A stretch of 64,000 nt of DNA from contig CM120645.1 in NCBI GenBank assembly GCA_051362555.1, positions 6,200,001 through 6,264,000 of the forward strand, written 5' to 3'. A program made the position numbers and the translations under genes. Under the pieces are notes generated by a model. That model was not told where the DNA came from and did not search any database. It saw only the letters and a program-made list of their open reading frames with translations. Positions 26,986 through 38,400 of this stretch are shown here, piece by piece (the first letter of the stretch is position 1; each line of letters opens with the position of its first letter). The DNA comes from Lingula anatina. Lineage: Eukaryota; Animalia; Brachiopoda.

Positions 26986-27942
26986 TATTGAAATCCATGT
27001 GATTTTACTGAAAAGAAAAAGGTGGTGTTCCCATTAAACATAATACAACAGCTTAGACTGACAAATGTGGGAATGACTTACAACTAGCATTAGTACCTTT
27101 TCATGTGTTGAGCTTCATTGTTTAATAGTGGTAAATTATTGACATCAACTGAGATGTGTAAATAAGCAAAAAAGATCAGCAACAGGACACACAACACCTA
27201 TCATATAACTCACGAGTGAGTGTGAAATTCATGTTGACAGCAATAAGACTTTTCTTATGACATCACAAGTTGTAAAATTTACAAAGTGACAGCACATTAC
27301 AAAACTCCTCACATCTTTCCTGCTGTTACACCAATAAAGTATTCTGCACAATACTGACAATAATATGAAACGGCAATAGGTCACCATAAAATTTATAAGC
27401 TAATGTTTTAACATGCAATATTTCGTGTAAGGCAGTCAAGCTCTGACAGGGAATTAATTGTGTAGTCGTAAAACTTCAAAGTACGAGGATGAAGTAGAAA
27501 TGGGTAGCCATAAAACTTAAATGGTTTGCCACCGACGGTCTTTCAAAATTCGGAAAGCTACTCTTGTCGTGTTCCATCATTCCACTTAGTTTAACCGTAC
27601 GTGGACCAGAATATTTAAGTCTGGGGAGACGCTTAATAACTCCCCATGCCTCTAACGTAATTCTGTTAATCCGACAGCTAAGAAAATCGAGCTTACCTGC
27701 TGACAGATTTCGATTAACTCTACGGTAACTGCAAGAGTATGCGACATCCAAGCGTGACTGTGAGTGTTCATTTCTTCGAACTTGTACATTTCACTCTGAT
27801 TTTAACATTTCTTAGTCGGTTTGAACCGTAAGACGAACAGACAGCTTTAATTGTAACCTTATGTCAACACTGGCAAAATATGAACCCAAAGTGTTGACGG
27901 TTTCTGTTAAAAAGTAAGTGCAAATTTCACAAAGCGACTCAC

Positions 27943-28135
27943 CTGTCGACCTCAAGATTTCAAATTACATTGAGCTGGCTCCGCCTTCTTAGTGACGTCA
28001 CGGGCACCTTGACATTTGTTGATTGATTGATTCAGAAAACTTGCCATAAATGCCTTTGTCAATCCTTCCGGCAATGCCAATGAAATATTTGTTTGCGCTA
28101 TACACAATAAAGGCGGGGAATTGATTGGATTAGGG
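27943..28135 (-). promoter_or_regulatory. Probable prickle promoter and short non-coding first exon
   Basis: Donor CAG|GTGAGT at 27943/27942; GC box (CTCCGCCT, 27979-27986); palindromic CRE TGACGTCA (27993-28000); CCAAT on the minus strand near 28124; locally CpG-enriched; joining this exon to 27007 places an in-frame stop upstream of ATG 26985. Confidence 0.6.
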
Positions 28136-28479
28136 CAACATTCGAATAGAGGTCTGAATTAGTAGCGTTGCCAAAGTAAACACTCATTATTGAATAGGCT
28201 GTGAGCTGTCTAATGGAGCAGGAGTGGTTGTGCTTTCTGTACTGGTTGTACTAGTTGAGCTCAACTAACGCAATCACATTTGTAAAAGTTATTTTGCATC
28301 AGCTTCAAGAAAAGAGAAAAGTTGAAGAAAAGTGTTAATTTGTCTAAACTGTTGAAACAATTATGAGGCTATAGACATCAGAAACATAAATTACCTCTTA
28401 TACCGATGGAGAAGTAGAACATGTCAACCATATGCTAATCTATATATATATATATATTTATTTATCTATTTATTTGTCT

Positions 28480-28570
28480 GCTCTATGTTATAGTTACTAG
28501 TATTGTAATTGATTGTACCTTTATGTGAAGGTGTTCATCAATAAAGAATCTGAATCTGAATCTGAATCTG
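28480..28570 (+). mobile_element. Possible 3' tail of a truncated non-LTR retrotransposon
   Basis: AATAAA (28540-28545) followed directly by (GAATCT)4, resembling the short-repeat tails of L2/CR1/Rex-type LINEs; the 5' boundary is not determinable. Confidence 0.4.
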
Positions 28571-28953
28571 TTTACTTTTTAACTCCAACACAGACAAGCA
28601 GGCCTATAGGCCATAAATCTTAATCTTTTTAATCTTCCAACGTTTTGCAGCCCGAGGCCATTTCTACTTCACACATGTTGGGCACAGACCTTAATCTTAT
28701 TCAATTTTGATTTTGTTACATAATTTCACTGTTACCACACCTTTTATTTTTGAATTTTAAAAAGAAGACATCATTTGTTAAAGTTGCTGAAATCCAGGTT
28801 TGAAACATCAAGGTTTCAATGGGGTCAGTTTTCCTGCCATTCTCAATGAAAATTACTCATTCACATTCAGCCTCTCCTCAGGTTTATAATGTACAGTACA
28901 TGTGAAAGGAAGATTAAATTCAATAACTGCAATTTCAGTTTCAAATCTGTGCC

Positions 28954-28959
28954 TTTATT
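28954..28959 (-). terminator. Candidate SLMAP polyadenylation signal
   Basis: AATAAA on the minus strand about 1.7 kb after the stop, followed by T-rich sequence; another candidate lies near 28743. Confidence 0.35.
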
Positions 28960-30684
28960 CAATGTCAATATCAATGTATTTACACAGTTTATGTAGAAGT
29001 CGTCCTGTTAATTGTCAACTATCATATCATATCATTTACTTTCATTTGCTGACTGCACAACATACTTTATGTACACACTGTATTCTGTACAGTATAAGTC
29101 ATTACAAACAAAATTTACAACCAAATCTTGGAGGACCGCTTGCGTCCTGAAACTATCACATGGAGGAAATTAAGTAAATCATATTGAAATTGCATATTAA
29201 ACCTAACATAATAAGTTCTAACATGTCATATATGTATATATATATATGTATATAAATGTAGACCTCCCCCCTTTCAAACAATTAAATAATTATAAAAGTT
29301 GAAATAATAATTGAAGAACTGGGAAGTGTATATAGTATTTATGCTCAGCAATGTTACTAATGCAATTATGTATTTCACTAATGACCAAGAAGGGCTTGCT
29401 TCAAGTAAGGAAGTCCCAGTGAATTACAGTGCAAAAATCTTGAAATGGTACATAATCTTTAATCTTTGAACCTCATGGTCAAATCTTGTGTAACTTTCTC
29501 AGCAGAAAATATTCTTATAATCCATTCTGCATAAATAATTGGTCTATTTCCATTTTTACTTTATGAAATCAAGTTGAATAATAACCACGTGAAGAATAAA
29601 AAATGTCTCAGGAAAATATATCTATCTGTTACACTTGTACTTCATAAGGGAAAAGAAACAACAGTCGTGTTCAAATAAAATTAAATGAACATCTCAGGAA
29701 GAAAATAATTGAATAATAATAATAATAATAATATGAGACTAAAAACATGATGAATGAAGATAATAATATCTATTCAAACTATGGCAGGAAGAATTGTAGG
29801 ATTATGACTTTTCTCACAGCACATCTATTATCATTAAGCAGGTCTACACAAAGCGTTCAAGTCTCAGACTTCGGCATTTTCAACACTCAAACCAAACACT
29901 TCTTATAGCTGTAATAAGCAGTTTCTAAGGTAAATCAGCCTTTGGATATTTTGATGTGCTCAGTTTAACAACTTCAACATAATCTGATTCACTTTTAACT
30001 GTTCTGAATAAGCATGTATCTACTAACACCATTTCCCATCCCTGTTCATGATCTGTTCATGAAGTGTTCATGAAACATTCATGCCTGATGGCTGTTCCCA
30101 CACTGTGCCATGAAATGGTCCTGTAGGTGGCACTATCATCAACATATTGAAACTGCAAGGCAAGCTCAATACCTGTGCTCTGCAGACTACTGCATAAGAC
30201 ATTATGTCCTTCTTTTGTTTGTTCCGATAATACATATATTTTTCTTTAATATAAACACTACAATCTCAGCTACTTCTTCCTTGTTGTCATTTCTTATGCA
30301 CAGCAAAAGCTATAATTGAGAAGAAACTATGTAATACTAGTCAGTGCTGATCATTGTATAACTTGGTTATTGGAGTGAGGTAAAAAGGCAGTGACTTTTA
30401 AGCATGTCTTGGATGCAATGTCACCTTTTCACAGTAAATGTTCATAAAATCCTTGAGTGAGTGATGGAGATGCAGCTATGGATAAATTCAGCATTCTGTG
30501 AAACAAAATACCTTGTTCTGAATTCAACATCACCCATACTGAAAGTCTTGTGAAAAAATACTGCTTATTGATGACTGTCACCCCACAAACACTGGTTGCA
30601 GTGCCGTAATGATGAAGAAAAGGAGCCAGAGAAATTTTCAAGCTTGTGTTGAGTACAGTGCCATCTATCCTAGAGTTGGCATCA

Positions 30685-30783
30685 TCAGGAGGTGGTGGCT
30701 GTGATTTCTGCTAGGGTTGGATACAGTGATACCAAGATGGCAAACAGGAGCATTAGAAGGGGAACCATGGAGCAGACAGATAA
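30685..30783 (-). CDS. SLMAP: SLMAP terminal coding exon (tail-anchor transmembrane helix)
   Basis: TTTTCCAG| [32 protein letters not shown] then TGA; hydrophobic C-terminal anchor as expected for SLMAP. Confidence 0.9.
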   Translation of the reverse strand, partial: LSVCSMVPLLMLLFAILVSLYPTLAEITATTS

Positions 30784-31963
30784 CTGGAAAAGAGCACAAG
30801 AAACAAATTATGAAGGTGAATAAATAGTAACTTTTTTTCAACTTCATAAAACTTGATACATCCAGGAACATAAATTTAGACTAACTTATACGATATGATT
30901 GCCAGTAGCTGATATTTTTCCACATAGATAACTGACACATTGCCCACTCCTTATAACGTTGCAATAAATGTTTCCAAACATATATCTGATATACTGCCAT
31001 TATACCCCTGAGCTACCCCTTTAACCCAATCATAACAAATATACTGATCCTTACCATTTTGCTTCTGTCAGCCAGCAGCTGATACTCCTCCGTCATGTCC
31101 ACTAGCTCCTCCTTCAGCTGGGATATCTCCTCACTGAACTGGGCACACCTCTCTTTGAGCTGTGCAATCTCCTTGTTGGCTTCAGTTAACTGGAATTAAT
31201 AAAAATAAATGCTGTTAAATATATATTCAGATCATCTTTCTCTCTCACCTTACCAGTCTGAACATACTGATCAATCTCTTGAAAATAGCTTTGGTTGAAT
31301 GCAGCAAAATGGATACTGGAAGGTCTTCATATACTTCACACAGATTTTTCTAATCTTCATATTGCACTTTGAACAGGACTCTATTCATTGAGAAGCACTG
31401 TTGGCTTCAGTTAACCAGATTTAACAAAGTGAACAAAGAATGAAAACACCATTTAGTGTGTCCTTTCTCTGTATCCTCCCCCTCAAACTCTCACCCCAAA
31501 ATCTACTAATCTATTCTACATTCTCACCTCCAACTTAGTCTGTTCAGCTTCCTTTTGCGCATCAGTAAGATTTAGTTTCCACGTAATCTCCTTATTCTCC
31601 AGCTTATCCTTCATGGCTTCTAACTCCTTGTACTGTTCCTGGAGTTTGGAGTAGTCTTGAGAGATCTGGGCATTCTCCTTCCTCGTACTGAAATATAGAT
31701 TAAGTTATAGTTGTCATACGTTATATGCACTTTTTTTTTTTTTTTTTTTTTTGCAATGAACAAAATATAATGGTAACACAATTATTTGCAGACTTACTGA
31801 ATAGAAAATATATTGTGAGAAAATGAAAATTGTTTCAGATTGTTTCCTTACACTTTCATATCCCCTTCTATAACTTGGATTCTTCTCCTAAGGTTGGCAC
31901 ATTCTTCCTTAAGGCTGGCAAATTCTGCTGAAATGACACCTAGATGTTAATCCTTTGCAGTTT

Positions 31964-31996
<33 letters not shown>

Positions 31997-32381
31997 TTCC
32001 CCTTTAATTAAATCCTGGGTCTACTGACGTATGTTTCAAAAGAATACAAAAACTGTAAAACATCATTTCATTATACAGTCTTCATTATACTGCAATTAAA
32101 CCATTTTCAATATATTTTGTGGAATTTAATTATGGCTACTTATTTACTATGTTTGATATTATCATTTTAACATCTGGGTAATGCATATGGGTCATAACAT
32201 GTGTACAAACCTCTATTTTTGGAAGCCAATTTTTCATTGACTGTCTCCTTATCTTTCCCCTTAATATCATCCAGCAGGGATCTGGAACATTCTAGTTCTC
32301 CCTCAAGTTCAGAAACTTTGCCTGAAATGTTCAATATGGTTTATAAACATGTGGAATATGGCTGTTATTAATTTAGAAGAA

Positions 32382-32418
<37 letters not shown>

Positions 32419-35400
32419 CAGAATAGAGAGAGTATGAAGGAGAGAGAGGGGGGCACCTACCCTTAAGCTGTTCTGCTTCATTGTGACTCTGTTTGGCTGC
32501 CTGCTGTGCTGCAAGCAATTGCTCTGAAAATAGCAAAAGATCACAATATCAGTGCAGTTTTTGACCAAATGTGGATCTTTGATATTACACTAATTTTTTT
32601 GTGACAGAAAAGTGTAACCCTCCCACAAACTCATCTATTTGTGATGGAAAGGTTTGTACAAATACACTTTCTGTTTAAATATATATATATCAAAAGACCC
32701 AAACAGATTTTGTACCAACTCTCATTCATAATAATCTCTTTGGATGTGTTAACTATTCAGTTATCACAGTTAGTGACCATAATATCAAGATGTACAAAAT
32801 GCTATATTTTTTTCCTTCACTTTTTTTTGTATCTAAAATTCTTACAATATCAAATGTTATTGATGAACAAAAAAAAAAAAAAATAGAAAGTTGCAAGTAA
32901 AAGCAAACTAAAATTTCAAGAAAAGCAACGACAAAAGACTAAGCTTTTAGAAAAAACTTAAAATGAGACAAAAAAGGCAACAGACTAGTCTCATTTTCTT
33001 TTCTTTTTTCAAAATCTTTCCTTCAGTGCCTAGGTTATAGAGCAGAGGTTATTGGGGGTCCTTTAGGTTAATCTTGTTACAACATTGAAATGTTAAGTAT
33101 AAATATATATCCACAGCAACAGAAAATGCTCAACAATTACACAGGAGTTGCTTTCTACCAAGTTTTACCTATTTCTACATTCATTTGACCACAACCCAAT
33201 CACACAGCACTACTACAATTTGCTTAAAGCAATGCATGATGTAATGCAATCAACATTCATAGGAATGCTGGCACAAACACAACCTCCTAAAAACAGACTG
33301 CAAGATACATCTAGAAGATTTTCATCTCTGTAAGTAAGCTTTCAGCTGATACTCAACACCAACAATGAAAACTTGGGCTCTCAGCATTATATCCAGGTCT
33401 GTACACTATGCACGTCTCTAGATTCAACCTGGCATATAACATCTTAGCCACAAAGTGCTTTAATTATCAAAAACTTAGCTTTGATAAAATACAGCATCAA
33501 TTTTATGTACATTTCTTGATACAAAACTAGATTAATGATTTTTTAGCTACTTGGCTAATATGAAATTAATATGCCAGTTTTGACCCTAGATTTTGAATGA
33601 TTTTTGTTAAACCTCAACACCAAGTCCTAATATTAGTGGGATTAACAATGCTCAGTTCTGATCAGGCACAGAACTCACTTTTCAAGCCCTCAGCCTCCTC
33701 GTGTATACTCCTGGTGTGGCCCTGCTCCTCTATGAGCTGGTCTAAGGGAGAGACAGAGGGGAATAAAGAAAGAATAGACTTGGCAGCATGCTTCATATAA
33801 ATACACACAAAGCAGGGATTTTTTCTGGTCTGCTTAATTTTGCAGTTTGGTTCTTGTAAAATTATTGCAAAATTTAATTGTTTTTTTTTTTTTCAAAAGT
33901 TATTTTATTGAACTTGGTTTAGAAGGTCAATAAAGCTTGTTGTATTGTTTTACCATATACAGATAAAACTAAAGTTTATTAATTTTATACTGGTTGCTGA
34001 TGTTTTAGTGATAGTAAACACTAACTTTGGAACAAAAACTGTAGTGATTCAGCTATGTCTTGCTCTTGTCACAAGGGTATCATCAGGCTGAATGACCACA
34101 GGTCGTTGGGCGTTGACCTGTGGACCTGTGAACATTCTCACTTACTACCCCCATTGAGAATCATTCACAGGTCTAACAACACCAAATGACCTTTGGGCTT
34201 TTAGCCTGATGAAGCTCTTGCGACAAGACCAAAATGTAGCTGTTACACCAATATTTAGTGCCAAAGTAAGTGATCACTATGACTAAAATGTCAGTAATTA
34301 GAATTCGTATGGACCATAAATAAGCTTATTGATAATTTACTACTGGAATAAACATCTGTAAGTGAGTGAATAAAGCATCCCAAAAATGTGAAATATATCT
34401 CTAAAAAGCACAATAAAATTAGGTTAAAACTGTAAACTTTCAGTTGAAGATTGATTCTAAGCATGCTTGGTGTGTATTTACAGATGGATGGATGAAAACT
34501 CTCCAGATTAATACACAAAACAGACAGTTCAAAATTAAAAGAAATTCAGGTGTTTTTGAAATTAACAAAACAAACTTGATTATAGACCTACTAAAACTAA
34601 ATAAAGTTGGCATATTATACAAAACTCATGCTCTTTCCATATGAAGTAAAAAATATTCATAATTCATACAAAACATAGAAGAAAAGGACATTTAATGCTC
34701 TAAGTATATAAGTGTCAGCTATAGCATATTAGAAAGTGCACAGAAAGCTTTGGCATGCTTTAAAATAAATTGTTATTGATGAAGATTTTTTTTCAAATAG
34801 AGATCAGAATATCATGCTCAGCATACTATACTGTACTATACCAGGCAAGCAATTCATGCAAATGATTGGCTTGTGCAATGCAGAAATGTGGAATGATTTG
34901 CTCAACAGAGGGAGAGATAAAAAATGCCTCCTTAACAGCAGCTAAAAGTGATGCAAGTTATTGTGGCAGCAACAGCACGATACCAAGGCAACATTATATC
35001 ACCACGGGATCATCGCTCTCACAACATGTTAGGATAAGAACATGGCATCACCTTGGCTAAAAGGCATCAACTAAGCACAGTCACATTACCATGGCAATTT
35101 CAAATCAGTTTTTGATCTATTGACATGTTATGATCCCAACTTCCACCCCTTTGATCAATTCAGCCACAGATAATCAAAATCTATCTAAACTAACTGAAAT
35201 AAAATGTGCCAGTGAAAACTGTTTGCAAACTAGCACCACTAAAACCTAAGCTCCAAGTCCTGAAAACTTATCAAGTCAAGACAGCACATACCTCTTAGTG
35301 CCAGGATTTGGATATTCACTTCCTTTAATGCTGCCTCTGCTTCATTGAATTTATCTGAAAGAAAGCCAATTGAAAATATATTCAATGCCGCATTCATCCA

Positions 35401-38400
35401 AATGCAAATCCAATCCATTACTTTTGGGGCCCATTACAGCAATATTTTGGTTTGGTTTTGAAACAGGTGACAGTTAAAATCCCAGCCTGGTAGCTTACCC
35501 TGGAGGTCTGCCACTCTGTCTTCACTGGTCTTGGCTGTCTGTTTCACCTCCTGCAGCTGTGATCTCAGACCAGCAGCCTCCTCCTTGGACTTCTTGCCCT
35601 CTGATTGTGCAGCTTCCAGCTCACCTAAAACAATCACAATCACAGATGAATATGTCCAATTTAGCTCCATTTTCTCAGCCCTGTTTTTACAGCACTAAGC
35701 CTTAGCCTCTTCTACTACTCCCCCCCCCCCATTTTCTTTCTTTCTTCACTAAAAAGACACATATTCACCATCACAGTACAATTAATTAATACATATACAC
35801 ATGTTTCTTTTCTACAGCTAGGTACCTATTGAAGACTAATCATTACACCTATCATGTTGTTACTATTATGCACCTAATATAAACTTACGTTTTAATCTGT
35901 CTACTTCCTGGTTGCTTTTCTTCTGAGCATCTCTAGCTTCACTCAGCAGTTCTACAAGGTAAAAAAAAATCACTGTGTGCAATTGTGTAAGAGGTGGTGC
36001 TGTGGCAATTGTGTTAGAGCAGACAGCAGTGCAATATCAATTTGCATCAGAGTGTTGAGACTAGTGTTACATATTAACTTGGGCATATAGACTCCAGTCA
36101 TGGCATTTGATGCACAAAACATTTTTCATAGTATCATTTAGTTATCTATCTTTTAAAAGCAAAGGCAATATGTAAATGTAAAAGTATATAAAAAATCAAA
36201 GATGTTGAAAATATATTCCATATTCCGTTTTCCAGAGTCCATTAATTCAGAAAATGATAAAGAAAAATGTACAACATGAAATGCAGTATGTTGAAAATAT
36301 ATTCCATATTTCATTTTCCAGAGTCTAATAATTCAGAAAATGATGAAGAAAAATGTACAACATGAAATGCATTACAACTTTTTCCTAAACGCATAAAATG
36401 TCTTACAACAAAAAAAGGATGTTAATTTTAAGGTACTATTAGCAGTACAGGATATTTAAATTTAAAGCTGGATTCTAAATTTAATAATTGTAAATTTCAC
36501 CCACTATTTGAGTGCTGACAATCTTATTATGCCATGTTAAATACTGTACTAGATGCTGATTAGATATATCTAGTGCCGTTGGTTAAAACTGTGTTAGTTG
36601 TGATATTGTGTTGGTTGAGATTGTACTTGCAATAATATGAGATTGTCCTTGCAATAATATAATATTTGTTGTGATTCTTATCCAATTATACTATTTTTTT
36701 TTTGCCAGTATTAAAAATCCACTCTAAACTTAAAATTTGCTAAAATGTCCCCAGAAAACAGACCCTGTCAGGACAAGAGACTGGCTTTTGGTGAAAAAAG
36801 TCTAGATATGTAGGTTTCAATGAAACAGATAAGTTGACCTTTGGAGTACAAATATCTAAATGCCAAAATGCATATGATGGCTGCCTGGCAGTCTGTTCAG
36901 TGCTGACAAGGCATGTTTGTATTTTTTTAAGCTTTCTTTAATCTTTTCTTGTCACATACATATTCTTAGGAACAGTCCACTGTTTCAACTTACTCTCCTC
37001 ATATAAAACAATACAAGAAGATAACAGCAAGCACTGCAGTAATGTTGTTCAACTAGTTAGTATCTTAGCTAGAGATTAGTGAGAGAATTATGAATACATC
37101 AATGTTTTCAAGAGTCAGTACAGAGCATCAGAAAAAGCAGCATGGATTTTAGTTTGAGGCATTAGAGAAACACAAACAAACCAATCATATCAATCTCCTA
37201 AATAAGGAAGGTAAATTAAACAGGAAACTGTGATTTATATTTTACAGAAAAAAATGAAATATAACCTCTGATAAAACACTTTCTGAGTATTTTAATTCAA
37301 CAATTGCTGAAAAAAATAACTTGCCAAAAGCATAGTAACAAACATTATGTACAGGTAATAGTAAGAAAAACACTGTAACTAATCTAAAAGAGCAGGGATA
37401 ACTGCATCCTTCTACTGAAGGATTTTTCCAAAGGGGGATGGTCCTATGCCAAATAGTATATATGACTTCTTTAAGCTTCATCTCTAATGAAACATCAGGC
37501 ATGAGTTCAACTTCTGAGAAAAAGTCTGAAAATGTCTGTGAAAGTACTCTGAAACACTTTCTGCCACAGCAATGGCCCCTGTACAGATAATGAGCCTAAT
37601 TTCACCCAAAGTTTGAAAAACTTCATGCCTGATGTTACACACGCAATGCTCTAGAAAGACCTCAGAAAGACCACCAGTATAGCACGTAGATAAACCTTCT
37701 ACAGCAAATAAGCTACATGGCCCATGATAAAAATCTGTTCTCATTTGATTGAAGGTAAAAGGAAGGTTAGCCTCAATGGCATAGTATGGATTGAGGACAG
37801 AAAATCGTTGCAATATATTTCAGTACAAAGTCAGAGTAAAACAATATATAATTTTTCCTTTAAAATAAAAAAATGCGCCTATGATATAAAATAGATGAAA
37901 AGAAAACTGTGCCACAAACAGTTTGAGGCAGATCCCTTTATCCTTGCAATCAAAGCTCTGATAGCCCCATCCCCTACAACAAGTAACTAGGCAACTGTAA
38001 CTAAGCAACCACACAGATTTTACTACAAATAGGATACCTTTAAGTAGGACGACTTTACAGCTAACACTGTCCAGGGACACCTGTGTGTCACTGTGGTCCT
38101 CTGCAGGGACAAGATAAAACACAAACCATGCATCATTAGTTAGCATTTTTCAACAGAGAGAATTCAGAAACATGAAAGTGCAACAGGATAGGTGGCATCA
38201 AATTTGAAGACAAGCCAAAAGCAAATCTCTCACCAACACTGTATCAAAATATCTCATACAGTATGACTGTTACAGAGGTCATACCACTGACAGTGGCAGT
38301 AAGAACTTTTTATCTTCGTATCTCAAAACAAAGGCTCGGGACAAATGTATAAAGATTATTTTCTACATCTTTTAAAATCTTTTGTATGTGATGAGATTTT

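Noticed and set aside
14380-27457. Identical 15-mer CTGACAGGGAATTAA at 14380 and 27443
   Set aside because: A few 15-mer matches are expected by chance in 64 kb of AT-rich DNA, and the flanks show no similarity.
37266-37306. Acceptor-like TTTTTCAG followed by [14 protein letters not shown]
   Set aside because: The only nearby donor (GTTATA) is weak and gives 41 nt, which breaks the frame.
38028-38037. Donor GTATCCTATT resembling a U12-type 5' splice site
   Set aside because: It mismatches RTATCCTT, and there is no TCCTTAAC branch site before the next acceptor at 35951.
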